A DNA stretch of 64,000 nt from Actinomycetes bacterium (lineage in GTDB: Bacteria > Actinomycetota > Acidimicrobiia > Acidimicrobiales > RAAP-2). The notes below the pieces were generated by a model. It saw only the letters and a program-made list of their open reading frames with translations, made no database searches and was not told the origin of the DNA. A program made the translations under genes and the position numbers. Below, piece by piece: positions 9,924 to 20,910 of the stretch (its first letter is position 1; each line of letters begins with the position of its first letter). Location of the stretch: positions 721-64,720 of the forward strand of contig JAJZJT010000001.1 in the NCBI GenBank assembly GCA_021809995.1, written 5' to 3'.

Positions 9924-10592
9924 TCATGGCCGTTGCGCTCGGTCGCCGAAGCCGTGCACGAAGCGGTCGAAGGCGGTGTCGAGGACGTCGGCGAGCGTGT
10001 CGCGAGGCGTGTCGGCGAAGCGGTCGATGACGGTGGTCATCAGCCCGATCAACGCCCCGGCAGCAAGGTCGGCAACGACCGGGTCGCGCTGGACGGTGAG
10101 GCGAGCACGAAGGCTGTCGGCCACCATGTCGGTGTAGGTGTTGCACCGGGCCAGCCACCGGGCGCGCAGCACCGGGGTGCGCCGAACCACCGCGTACAGG
10201 TCGACGGTCCCGTCATCGAGCGCCTTGGTGAGGCTGTCGTGGCCGGCTGCTCGCAGGCTGTCGAAAAGCGCCTCGCCCGGCGGGCGGGCGCCGAGGGCGG
10301 CGGCGAACCCGGCGATGCGTTGCTCGAGGATGTCGTCGATGACCTCCTCCTTGGCGCCCAGGTAGCGAAAGAAGGTGCGAACGGAGATCCCCGCGGCGCG
10401 GGCGATCTCCTCGACGGTGGTGGCTTCGTAGCCCCGTTCAACGAAGAGCCGTGCGGCGGCTTGAGCGAGCTCGCGCCGGCTCTGCGCGATCCGCCGGACG
10501 GTGATCGACACCGGCTCGGGCTCCACTGCGCGCGTGGCGCCCACCTGGTTCGCCGTGGCCGGGGGCACCTGCAGGGTCGAAGAAGCGTCCAC
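9924..10592 (-). CDS. TetR family transcriptional regulator
   Basis: N-terminal HTH AAARLFVERGYEATTVEEIARAAGISVRTFFRYL. It is divergent from the MFS gene at 10785. Confidence 0.85.
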   Translation of the reverse strand: MDASSTLQVPPATANQVGATRAVEPEPVSITVRRIAQSRRELAQAAARLFVERGYEATTVEEIARAAGISVRTFFRYLGAKEEVIDDILEQRIAGFAAALGARPPGEALFDSLRAAGHDSLTKALDDGTVDLYAVVRRTPVLRARWLARCNTYTDMVADSLRARLTVQRDPVVADLAAGALIGLMTTVIDRFADTPRDTLADVLDTAFDRFVHGFGDRAQRP

Positions 10593-10705
10593 AGGTTCTC
10601 AGCGCCGCCCGCCGCGCGGCGAGGCCGGTGCCATCGGATGCTTGCCACGTTCGAGACCAAGAACCAGAAGTCTGACACATCGTGTGGGTCTGGCATGTCG
10701 TGCCA

Positions 10706-10715
10706 TATGGCCATA
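10706..10715. promoter_or_regulatory. 10-bp perfect palindrome TATGGCCATA in the TetR/MFS divergent region (candidate operator)
   Basis: AT-rich island at 10660-10730 between divergent genes. The nearby GGCATGTCGTGCC is also palindromic. Confidence 0.25.
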
Positions 10716-10784
10716 ATATGCCAACGACGTGCGCCGTGCACCCGTCTACGGCTGGCGGCACGTGCGGCATCGAAAGGATCGGGA

Positions 10785-12569
10785 ATGACCGACCAGCCCA
10801 ATCGACGAAGCGACGGCGGGTCTCCCACGGCGGGGCTCGGCGCGTGGCGCCAAAACCGGGGGCACCGAGGGGCAGCTGGCCGGGGCCATCCGGGATGGAC
10901 GCTGGTGGCGATCGCCTTCGGCGTGGTCATGGTCGGGGTTGACGCCACTGTGGTGGCTGTCGCCAACCCCTACATCGCCCGCTCGTTGCACGGGTCGCTG
11001 AGCGACCTGCAGTGGATCACCAACGCCTATCTGCTGGTGCTGGCGGTGCTGCTCATCCCGATGGGGATGCTCGGAGACCGCTTCGGGCGGCGTCGCCTGT
11101 TCCTGATCGGCGTGGTGGGTTTCGCTCTGTCCTCGCTCGCCGTGGGGGAGATCGGCTCGGTCGCCGGCGTCATCGCCTTCCGGGCTGTCCAAGGGATCTT
11201 CGGCGCCATCATCTTGCCCAACACCCTGGCGATCTTGCGCAACACCTTCCCACCCGAGAAACTCAACCAGGCGATCGGCATCTGGGGTGGCTCCTCGGCC
11301 ATCTCGATCGCGGCGGGCCCGATCGTCGGCGGTCTGCTCGTCGAGCACGTCTCGTGGGAGTCGGTGTTCTACATCAACGTGCCCATCGGTGCGCTCGGCC
11401 TGATCGTCGGGCTCCTCGCCCTGGCAGAGAGCCGCGACCGCCACCCCCGGGCGCTGGACGCCGCAGGGCTCCTCGTGCTGGCGAGTGGGCTGTTCTGCAT
11501 GGTGTTCGCCCTCATCAAGGCCGAGACGTGGGGCTGGGGCGACGCGAAGACCATCGGGCTGTTGGCCGGAGGGGTCGCCCTCCTCGTGGTGCTGGGCTTC
11601 GTCGAACGACGCGTCCACGCGCCGCTGCTCCCCCCGGCGCTGTTCACGAGACGATCCCTGACCCTCGGCACGACGGCGGTCACCTTGGCGTTCTTCGCCA
11701 TGTACGGGGTGCTGTTCTTCGTGACCCTCTACCTGGAGAACGTCCACGGCTACGACCCGGTGGCCGCCGGGGTGCGCCTGCTTCCCCTCACCGCCATCTT
11801 CGCCGTGGCCGCGCCGCTCGGTGCGCTGATGAACGATCGCCTCGGCCCACGCTTCGCCATCCCCTTCGGCATGGTGTCGATGACCATCGCGCTGGTGCTG
11901 CTGCTCTGGCTGCACCCAGACTCCGGTTACATCCGCCTGTGGCCGTCGTTCGTCCTGCTCGGCCTCGGAGTCGGGGTGGTCATCGTGGCGGCCTCCGACG
12001 CCATCGTCGCCAGCGCCCCGCCCGCCGAGGCAGGCATCGCCGGGGGCATCCAGGCGACGGGCCTCCAGCTCGGCGGTGTCCTCGGCACGAGTGTGCTCGG
12101 CTCGATCCTCGCCAGCCGGGTCGCATCGACGCTCGTCGCAAAGCTCGGGGCAGCCGGAGTGCCCGCACCTGTTGCCCGCCGGTTCCTCGCCGCCAAGCAG
12201 CTCGTCGCCCAAGGCCTCGCCCCGCACGTGCCCGGGGCTCCAGCACCGTTGCAGGCAGCAGTCACTGGAGCCAGTCACGGGGCCTTCATGTCCGGGCTGC
12301 ACCTCGCCCTGGCGGTCGCCGCCGCGGTCTGCCTCGTCACCGCCGCGCTCGGCGTGTTCGTCGACCGCCCCAAACCCGAGATCGAAGCTCCGGCCGACGA
12401 GGGATCCGTACTGGGAGGCTCTCCTCCCAGTACGGCCGGCCGGGTGAAGCCGACGACGATGTCTCCGCCGCCGATGCTGACCCACGGTGGTGGGGAAGAG
12501 TCCGACTCGGGCGCCGGTGTTCGGGGGGCGTCGACGATGACCGCTTGGCCGCCTTGGGTGCCGACGTAG
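10785..12569 (+). CDS. DHA2 (EmrB/QacA-type) MFS drug-efflux transporter
   Basis: ATG at 10785. Contains VDATVVAVANPYIARSL, MLGDRFGRRRLF and a 14-TM pattern. The last ~55 codons run through a hairpin and overlap an antisense gene remnant, so the true 3' end is uncertain. Confidence 0.8.
   Translation: MTDQPNRRSDGGSPTAGLGAWRQNRGHRGAAGRGHPGWTLVAIAFGVVMVGVDATVVAVANPYIARSLHGSLSDLQWITNAYLLVLAVLLIPMGMLGDRFGRRRLFLIGVVGFALSSLAVGEIGSVAGVIAFRAVQGIFGAIILPNTLAILRNTFPPEKLNQAIGIWGGSSAISIAAGPIVGGLLVEHVSWESVFYINVPIGALGLIVGLLALAESRDRHPRALDAAGLLVLASGLFCMVFALIKAETWGWGDAKTIGLLAGGVALLVVLGFVERRVHAPLLPPALFTRRSLTLGTTAVTLAFFAMYGVLFFVTLYLENVHGYDPVAAGVRLLPLTAIFAVAAPLGALMNDRLGPRFAIPFGMVSMTIALVLLLWLHPDSGYIRLWPSFVLLGLGVGVVIVAASDAIVASAPPAEAGIAGGIQATGLQLGGVLGTSVLGSILASRVASTLVAKLGAAGVPAPVARRFLAAKQLVAQGLAPHVPGAPAPLQAAVTGASHGAFMSGLHLALAVAAAVCLVTAALGVFVDRPKPEIEAPADEGSVLGGSPPSTAGRVKPTTMSPPPMLTHGGGEESDSGAGVRGASTMTAWPPWVPT
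12406..12435. terminator. perfect 13-bp stem / 4-nt loop hairpin
   Basis: CCGTACTGGGAGG-CTCT-CCTCCCAGTACGG. It sits where the MFS hydrophobic core ends and where the antisense P60-like remnant ends. Confidence 0.4.
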
Positions 12570-12640
12570 TTCCCGATGTGCGATCCGTCCTGCGGGCCGC
12601 CGCCCAAGAAGACGGGGTCGCCGCGTGCGAGAGGGCCGGT
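12437..12640 (-). pseudogene. C-terminal remnant of an NlpC/P60-family peptidase
   Basis: The minus-strand frame reads ARGDPVFLGGGPQDGSHIGNYVGTQGGQAVIVDAP, the P60 His-containing block. An in-frame TGA lies at 12641-12643. The Cys-containing N-terminal half is absent. Confidence 0.35.
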
Positions 12641-12730
12641 TCAAGCGGTCAGTGCAACGAGGGCATCGTGGTAGTGGCGGCGGGCGTGGGCCCAGCCGCG
12701 CAACGGCCTCGGGCGGCGATGATGACGGTT

Positions 12731-14050
12731 AGGGCCCCCCGCAGAATTATCTGGTTGTAGTTCTCTTGCGAGGTCGCGACTTCAGCCGCTCTCCGTTGCA
12801 GGTGTAGTTCCACTCGCCGTGGAAACGGTGAGCTTCGCGTGGCACAGCGGCGAGCTCAGCGTCGGTGACTTTGGTGCCTGTCGGGTAGGTGCCTTGGTCC
12901 CGCTCCGCCCGCACTGTCAGCCCGCTGCGGGTGGTGGTGGCAGAGATCAGCTCCACGACGACCTCGTGGCTGGTGAGTGGACGGCCGCGCCAGTTCATCG
13001 AGATGTGGCTGAAGAGGCGATGCTCGATGCGGTTCCACTTGGACGTGCCAGGTGGGAAGTGACAGACGGTGATCGCCAGTCCGGTCCGCTGCGCGAGCGC
13101 CCCCAGCTCACGTTTCCACAGCCGGCTGCGGTAGCCGTTGGAACCACCGGCGTCTGCGGTGATCAGGAGTCGTGTGGCGTTGGGGTACGCGGCCGAGCCC
13201 ACCTTGTCCCACCACCGCCCGATGCTCGCCACCGCGAGCTCGGCGGTGTCCCCGTCAGAGCCGACGGTCACGAACCCGGCGTCCGCAGCCAGGTCGAACA
13301 CTCCGTAGGGGACCGCCTTGCCGAGCTTGGGGTCGGGGAAGTCATGCACGTCCACCCTGGTCGGCTCGCCGGTGTGCTGGTACTCACGGCCCTTGTTGGC
13401 GAGGTTGCCGAGCACCTCCTTCTTCTTCGAGTCGACGCTGATCACCGGCTGACCCGCCGCCAGGTGCGCCTCGACCTGCCCGTTGAGATACCGGAACTGG
13501 GCGTCACGGTCAGGGTGCTGGGCGCCCTCGTTCTCCTTCGCCGGCGCCTGCAAGCTGTAGCCCATCTCCACCAACAGCCGTCCCACCGTGTCCGCGGACA
13601 CCACATGGCCCATCTCCCGCAACGCCCCGGCCAGGTGCTCGGTCGACTTCGTCGTCCAGCGCAGCGGGCACATCGGATCCCCGCTGGTCTCAGGGTCCAC
13701 CAGCGAGTCGAGATCTGCCAGCAACGTCGGGTCCTTGTCGACCAGGCGCGGGCGGCCGCCGCCGGGTGCTCGAACCCGGTCGCTCACCTTCATCCCCTCA
13801 TCGACCTGTGCGACCGCCCCCTGCACCGTCGAACGGCTCATCCCAGTCGCCTCGGCCACCGCCACGATCCCGCCCCGACCCAACGCCCGAGCCACCGAAC
13901 CTGCCAGGACCCGCCGCTGACGCTCATCGAGATGAGGGTTCACCCGCCCAAAAAACGTGGCGAGACCCCCGTCGCCCACCACGAACTCGCGCACACCCAA
14001 CCGTACTCCACCACACTCGATACCGCGCGGATAGTTCTACGGGGCGCCCT
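12731..14050 (-). mobile_element. ISAzo13-family insertion sequence (about 1.32 kb)
   Basis: Imperfect terminal inverted repeats: AGGGCCCCCCGCAGAATTATCTGG (12731-12754) versus the reverse complement of 14027-14050, AGGGCGCCCCGTAGAACTATCCGC (19/24). It encloses a single transposase ORF. No clear target duplication. Confidence 0.7.
12747..14000 (-). CDS. ISAzo13-family DDE transposase
   Basis: Signature blocks ISVDSKKKE, ITADAGGSNG, HFPPGTSKWNRIEHRLFS and HGEWNYT. The stop codon lies inside the left TIR. Confidence 0.85.
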   Translation of the reverse strand: MGVREFVVGDGGLATFFGRVNPHLDERQRRVLAGSVARALGRGGIVAVAEATGMSRSTVQGAVAQVDEGMKVSDRVRAPGGGRPRLVDKDPTLLADLDSLVDPETSGDPMCPLRWTTKSTEHLAGALREMGHVVSADTVGRLLVEMGYSLQAPAKENEGAQHPDRDAQFRYLNGQVEAHLAAGQPVISVDSKKKEVLGNLANKGREYQHTGEPTRVDVHDFPDPKLGKAVPYGVFDLAADAGFVTVGSDGDTAELAVASIGRWWDKVGSAAYPNATRLLITADAGGSNGYRSRLWKRELGALAQRTGLAITVCHFPPGTSKWNRIEHRLFSHISMNWRGRPLTSHEVVVELISATTTRSGLTVRAERDQGTYPTGTKVTDAELAAVPREAHRFHGEWNYTCNGERLKSRPRKRTTTR

Positions 14051-14102
14051 TACTGTCGCAACATCCCTGGATGCCGGTCCCCGAGGCGGGTTGCGGCGGA
14101 CG

Positions 14103-14726
14103 TCAGGATCCGGTGGCCAGCACCGGCAGCACGGCGAACTCGAGGAAGCCGTCGAGGTCGCCCGTGGGCGGCGCCAGGATCAGTGAGATGGTGATCCGGA
14201 CCAGGAATTCCGCCAGCACGACGGGATCGCAGCGGCACACGAGCCCGGCATCCATGGCCCACTCGAGGACCGGGACCGCCATGCTCGAGACCCGTGCGAT
14301 CAGATCGGGGAGCTCGCGGGACACGAAGGGGCCGATCAGCTCCGGCTCGTCGGTCAGGACCTTCGCCAGGACCGGGTGGCCCCGAGCGAATCGGATGGTG
14401 CGGGCCATCAGGGCCATCACGGCATCGGGCCCCGAGGCGCTGGCCAGCGAGTCGGACAGGCCGGCCAGCAACCGGTGCAGCTCGCGGGCCAGCAGCAGGC
14501 GCGCGATCTGATCGACGGTGCCGACCTGCCGGTAGACGGTGGCGCGGCTGGTGCCGACAGCCCGGGCGATGTCGGGCACGCCCGTCCGGCCGATCCCGTG
14601 GCGGGCGAAGCAAGTGGCTGCCGCATCCAGGTAGGGATCGAGCTCCGGGGGCGGTACCGGCGGTAACCCACCGTCGAGGCTCGGCATCGGCAGGAGCTTC
14701 GCTGGCCCGTCTTGCGCAGTCGTCAC
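14103..14726 (-). CDS. TetR family transcriptional regulator
   Basis: GTG at 14726 is preceded by GGAGGAAGG. HTH AAATCFARHGIGRTGVPDIARAVGTSRATVYRQ. The longer ORF-track frame upstream is an Arg/Pro shadow. Confidence 0.8.
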   Translation of the reverse strand: MTTAQDGPAKLLPMPSLDGGLPPVPPPELDPYLDAAATCFARHGIGRTGVPDIARAVGTSRATVYRQVGTVDQIARLLLARELHRLLAGLSDSLASASGPDAVMALMARTIRFARGHPVLAKVLTDEPELIGPFVSRELPDLIARVSSMAVPVLEWAMDAGLVCRCDPVVLAEFLVRITISLILAPPTGDLDGFLEFAVLPVLATGS

Positions 14727-15085
14727 AGGACCTTCCTCCGTCGATCCGCCCCCACGATACAACGGGGCGGGCGGGGACACCGAACGGGTACGGCGCGCCG
14801 ACGGTGTCACACGGGCCCTGGAGCGGCCGAACCGCGCGGCATGCCGGGTCGCGCCACCGACGGCGCCTGCTCCACGACCGGTTGCTGCGGCGCCAGCGGA
14901 CGCCCACGGTCCACGAGGACCGGCCCGCCGGACGCAACGACACGTTCTACCGCGTCGTCGGCACCCTCCCTGCCGGCACGTCAGCTGGCACGTCGCCACA
15001 TATGGCGGCGACGTGCACCTGAACCTGCGACAGGCACGAGCGCCGCTTGGACGCCGTCGTCCTCTCCGGCCGCGACCAAGCGGAC

Positions 15086-16614
<1,529 letters not shown>

Positions 16615-16618
<4 letters not shown>

Positions 16619-17484
16619 GCCACGCCCGCCATGCGGTCCTTGAGCGAGCCGTCGGTGCCAAACAGCTGCTCGCGCCAGGCGGCCAGCAGCTCCACGGCGT
16701 CGTGGTCATCGGGGTGGAAACCCTCCCGGGCGTACTCGCGGATGGCCCGCCACACCTTCCGGCTAATGACCGGCGACCGGAGGAAGCGAACGACGCTGGG
16801 GATGAGGCGCAGCGGGTTGTAGGCCGCCGGGTCGCCGGCCAGCGACACGAGGACGGCCACGGTGATCCCCCCGATGAACCCGATGTTCATGCCGGTCATC
16901 ACCCGCCGCCGCATCCGCTCGCTTCCTCCGACGGCGCGGTACACGTCGAAGGCCACGGCCTTGTGCTCCGCTTCCTCCAGGGCATGCCAGAGGAAGAGGT
17001 CGAGCACCCTCTGGTCGCCGAACAGGTGTCGGAAGCCGTCCTCGGCCAGCAACAGCTCGGCCAAGGTGGCCGTGTAGTGCTCGGCTGCCGCTGTCGCCGC
17101 CAGGTTGACCTTGGGGGAGAGGACTTTGTCGGCCAAGGCCAGCCCGCGCTCGGTCAGTCGCTCGATGAGCCGTGTCGGGTAGCCGAGCTCCGACAGCCTG
17201 CGGTTGAAGGCGCGGTGCTCACGCCCGTGCACGGCTTCCTGACCGATGAAGCCGTTGACGGGGTGCTCAAGGGAGCTGCCCTTCACCTGGTCGCGGAACC
17301 GGCGAACGGAGCGGACGAAGTAGTCCTCGCCATCGGGGAACACGGCGGACAGGCAGGCGGCGACATGGCTGGCCACGATGTCGCCGTCGTAGGCGAAGTG
17401 CCGAGGCACCGACGCCAACGACGTATCGAACGACATCCGGCGTACCCGGATGTCAGGCGGAGTTGGCGTGGACGGAGTGGGCAT
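16615..17484 (-). CDS. predicted metal-dependent hydrolase (PF10118-like)
   Basis: GQEAVHGREH and ALEEAEHKAVAFDVY His/Glu motifs. ATG at 17484 is preceded by AAGGGGG. Translationally coupled to the BVMO. Confidence 0.6.
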
Positions 17485-17578
17485 CGGACCCCCTTGCTCC
17501 CGGGCCGACCGGGATGGAAGCAACGCTATGACATAACTGTACTATTGGCGCACGAGGGAGCTCAAGCCGGCGGGTTGG

Positions 17579-19123
17579 TCAGACGTGCGACTGCTGCCCC
17601 GCCCAGTACCGGTCGCGCAGCACTCGCTTGTAGAGCTTTCCGGTGGGGAGCCTCGGCAACTCGTCAAGGAATTCGAAGCGCCTTGGGCACTTGAAGTGGG
17701 CGATCCGCGCCCTGGTGTAGCGGTGGAGCTCGGCCTCGAGCTCGGGGCCGGGTTCCACCCCTTGCGCCGGTTGGACCACGGCGAGGACCGACTCGCCCAT
17801 CTCGTCGTCGGGCATGCCGATGACGGCCACGTCGGCCACCTTGGGGTGCAGTGCCAGGCAGTCCTCGACCTCCTGCGGGTAGATGTTGACCCCGCCGGAG
17901 ATGATCATGAATGCTTTGCGGTCGGTGAGGAACAGCCACCCTTCGTCATCGAGGTAGCCCACGTCTCCCAGGGTGGTCCATCCGTGACCGCCGGGGTCCT
18001 TGACGCTGGCCGTCTTCTCCGGGTCGTTGTGGTACTCGTACTCGGGACCGCCGCCGAAGTAGATCGTGCCCGCCTCTCCCGGCGGGAGCTCGTTGCCCTC
18101 GTCGTCGAGGATGTGGACCTCGCCGATGAGCGGGCGGCCCACGGTGCCAGGGCGCTCGAGCCACTGGTGCGGGTCGACGAGGCAGAAGCCGTTGAGCTCG
18201 GTCCCGGCGTAGTACTCCCACAGGACCGGGCCCCACCACTCCATCATCCGCTGCTTCACCTCCACCGGGCACGGGGCGGCGGCGTGGACGGCCACCCTCA
18301 TCGACGACACGTCGTGGGCGAGGCGCTCGGCGTCGGGCAGCTTGAGCATGCGGACGAACATGGTCGGGACCCACTGGGAGTGGGTGGCCCGGTGCTGCTC
18401 GACGAGCCGCAAGGCCTGCAGCGGGTCGAAGCGTTCCATGACGATCACCGTGCCCCCGAGGGACTGCACGCCGAGGGTGAAGCCGAGCGGCGCCGAGTGG
18501 TAGAGCGGCGCCGGCGACAGGTAGACGCTGTCGCGGTCCATGGAGAAGACGCCGCCGAGGAGGGCGCCGATGAGCATGCCCTCGCCGATCGACTTGCCCG
18601 ACAGCGGCCGCTCGATGCCCTTCGGCCGTCCGGTGGTGCCCGACGAGTACAGCATCATCTCCCCGGCGGGCTCCTCGTCGAGCGGCGCCGACGACATGGC
18701 CGCCACGGCGTCCACGTAGGGCTCGAACCGCCGGTCCGCCTCGCCGATGAGCAGCGGGAGCGACACGTCCGGGGTCTGCTGCAATGCCTCTGCCGCGGCG
18801 TCCGCCCTGGCCGACGTGGTGACCAGGGAACGTGCCCCGGAGTCGGCGATGATGTAGGCGACCTCGTCGGGCGCCAGGTAGCTGTTGATGGTGGTGACGT
18901 ACAGGCCCGAGCGCAGCGCCGCCCACATGACCTCGAAGAACCGGGCCTGGTTCTCGCTGAAGATGGCGACATGGTCGCCCGGTGACAGCCCGTGGGCCTG
19001 CCACAGCCGCGCCAGCTGGATCGAGCGGCGATCGAGCTCGGCGTAGGTGACGACCTCACCGGTGCCGCCCATGACGACAGCCGGCTTGTCGGGCGTGGTG
19101 ACGGCGTGGGCCCCGGGGTACAC
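17579..19123 (-). CDS. acyl-CoA synthetase (AMP-forming, FadD-like)
   Basis: AMP-binding motif YSSGTTGRPKG, plus C-terminal GKLYKRVLRD. Confidence 0.85.
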   Translation of the reverse strand: MYPGAHAVTTPDKPAVVMGGTGEVVTYAELDRRSIQLARLWQAHGLSPGDHVAIFSENQARFFEVMWAALRSGLYVTTINSYLAPDEVAYIIADSGARSLVTTSARADAAAEALQQTPDVSLPLLIGEADRRFEPYVDAVAAMSSAPLDEEPAGEMMLYSSGTTGRPKGIERPLSGKSIGEGMLIGALLGGVFSMDRDSVYLSPAPLYHSAPLGFTLGVQSLGGTVIVMERFDPLQALRLVEQHRATHSQWVPTMFVRMLKLPDAERLAHDVSSMRVAVHAAAPCPVEVKQRMMEWWGPVLWEYYAGTELNGFCLVDPHQWLERPGTVGRPLIGEVHILDDEGNELPPGEAGTIYFGGGPEYEYHNDPEKTASVKDPGGHGWTTLGDVGYLDDEGWLFLTDRKAFMIISGGVNIYPQEVEDCLALHPKVADVAVIGMPDDEMGESVLAVVQPAQGVEPGPELEAELHRYTRARIAHFKCPRRFEFLDELPRLPTGKLYKRVLRDRYWAGQQSHV

Positions 19124-19139
19124 GGCGCTCCCCGGCCGC

Positions 19140-19547
19140 TCAGCCGGCTGCCGGCGTGAACATCGGCAACCGACGGCCGTCCGACAGCGCCACCGACCAG
19201 TCGACGGAGACCCGCTGCCCGCAGTGCACCTGCTCCGGTGGCACCCCGACGACGTTCGTGGTCATGCGGATGCCCTCCTCTAGGTCCACCAGGGCGATCA
19301 CGTACGGCGTCTCGTCTGCCATGGCGGGGTTACCCGGGCGCCGCATGACGTTGAAGGCGTACACGCTGCCCACCCCCGACAGCGGCCGCCACTCCAGGTC
19401 CTCGCCCAGGCAGCCCGGGCAGGCGTGGCGCGGGTACCACACGAAGCGCTCGCACACCGGGCAGCGCTGGGCCACCAGCTGCCGGCGGCGGGTGGCCGAC
19501 CAGAAGGGCTCGGCCACCGTCGTGACCGGAGGCTCGATACGGGGCAT
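19140..19547 (-). CDS. DUF35 OB-fold / Zn-ribbon protein
   Basis: CPVC...CPGC zinc ribbon followed by an OB-fold segment. Directly downstream of a thiolase-like gene (8-nt gap). Confidence 0.8.
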   Translation of the reverse strand: MPRIEPPVTTVAEPFWSATRRRQLVAQRCPVCERFVWYPRHACPGCLGEDLEWRPLSGVGSVYAFNVMRRPGNPAMADETPYVIALVDLEEGIRMTTNVVGVPPEQVHCGQRVSVDWSVALSDGRRLPMFTPAAG

Positions 19548-19555
19548 GGGAGCTC

Positions 19556-20743
19556 CTACAGGGTGGACTCGGTTCCGAGCACCAGGGTGGAGGTGCACGA
19601 CAGGACACCGCCGCAGCCGTTGGCCACCGCCACCTCGGCCCCGTCGACCTGGCGGTCCCCCGCCTCGCCGCGCAACTGCCGCACCGCCTCGACGAGCAGG
19701 AACATGCCGTACATGCCGGGGTGGGTGTAGCAGAGACCGCCGCCGTTGGTGTTGGTGGGGAGCGCGCCACCGGGCCCGAGGCGGCCGTCGGCCACGAAGG
19801 CGCCGCCGTCGCCCTTGGCGCAGAAGCCGAGGTCCTCGAGGGTCAAGAGCGCGGTGATGGTGAAGCTGTCGTAGAGCTCGACGACGTCGACGTCGGCCGG
19901 GGTGATGCCCGCGGCACGCATGGCCTGCGGTCCCGAGACCGCGACGGCGGTGGTCGTCAGGTCGCCCATCTGGCTGATCGACATGCCATGGGTGTAGGCG
20001 GTCCCCGTGCCCAGCACGAACACCGGCGGCTTCGCCAGGTCTCGGGCCCGGTCCGCTGCCGTCATCACGATCGCCCCGGCACCGTCGGTCACCAGGCAGC
20101 AGTCCAGCTTGTGCAGCGGTTCGGCCACCACCGGCGAGGCGAGGACGTCCGCCACTCCGATCGGGTCCTGGTAATAGGCGTCGGGGTTCTTCTGGGCCCA
20201 CTGCCGGAACGACACGGCGATCTGGGCCAGCTGCTCGCTGGTGGTGCCGTACTCGTGCATGTGCCGCCTGGCCGCCAGGCTGTAGCTGCTGGCCGGAAGG
20301 CCCATGCCGTAGGGGACGTCCCACTGCCTCAGGGGGGACTCCTTGCCGAGCGACGGGCCGCCGCCGGCGAACGGGTTCGCGCCGCTGCGCGGTGTCGCTG
20401 CGTACACGCTGACGGCGACGTCGCACAGCCCAGCGGCGATGGCCGCCGCCGCGTGCTCGACGTGGACCTCGAAGCTCGACCCGCCGGTCATGGTCGAGTC
20501 GGTGAACCTGCCTCGGACGCCCAGCCGCTCGGCCAGGTCCAGCGAAGCCATCATCCCGTTGGTGGACATGACGCAGTCGACGTCGCCGATGCCGAGACCC
20601 GCGTCGTCGAGGGCTGCTCGCACCATGTCCACCTCGAGCTCGGCCTCGCTCCGACCGAGCTGCCCGGTGGACGACACCCGGTCGACGGCACCGACGATGG
20701 CGGCACTCCCTCGCCGCTGGCCGGCTCGCTGCTGGCTGGTCAC
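19556..20743 (-). CDS. thiolase-like protein (SCP-x / Ltp-type, non-canonical thiolase or aldolase)
   Basis: GTG at 20743 is preceded by GGAGGG. Thiolase fold blocks (AIVGAV, GGLCYTHPGMYG). Paired with DUF35. Confidence 0.8.
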   Translation of the reverse strand: MTSQQRAGQRRGSAAIVGAVDRVSSTGQLGRSEAELEVDMVRAALDDAGLGIGDVDCVMSTNGMMASLDLAERLGVRGRFTDSTMTGGSSFEVHVEHAAAAIAAGLCDVAVSVYAATPRSGANPFAGGGPSLGKESPLRQWDVPYGMGLPASSYSLAARRHMHEYGTTSEQLAQIAVSFRQWAQKNPDAYYQDPIGVADVLASPVVAEPLHKLDCCLVTDGAGAIVMTAADRARDLAKPPVFVLGTGTAYTHGMSISQMGDLTTTAVAVSGPQAMRAAGITPADVDVVELYDSFTITALLTLEDLGFCAKGDGGAFVADGRLGPGGALPTNTNGGGLCYTHPGMYGMFLLVEAVRQLRGEAGDRQVDGAEVAVANGCGGVLSCTSTLVLGTESTL

Positions 20744-20910
20744 CGCCCACCCTCCGTTCGATCGGCGTTCGGCTGTCCGTCGGGACCCCTGAACGCAACA
20801 TAGCACGTCCTTTGTCTCGCATCGCCGGAACCGCAGGTCCGACGGGGGACCGGCCGGGACGTCGCGGCGGGCGGCCGTCCTCGGTGCCGGTCCCGGTCAG
20901 GCGACAATGG

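Noticed and set aside
10746-12644. Long antisense or overlapping ORFs throughout the track (for example 10746-12644, 15047-16501, 21308-23131, 28610-30715, 40176-42020 and 49010-51115).
   Set aside because: They have the Arg/Pro/Gly/Ala-rich shadow-frame composition typical of high-GC DNA. Each overlaps a gene with clear family motifs on the other strand or in another frame.
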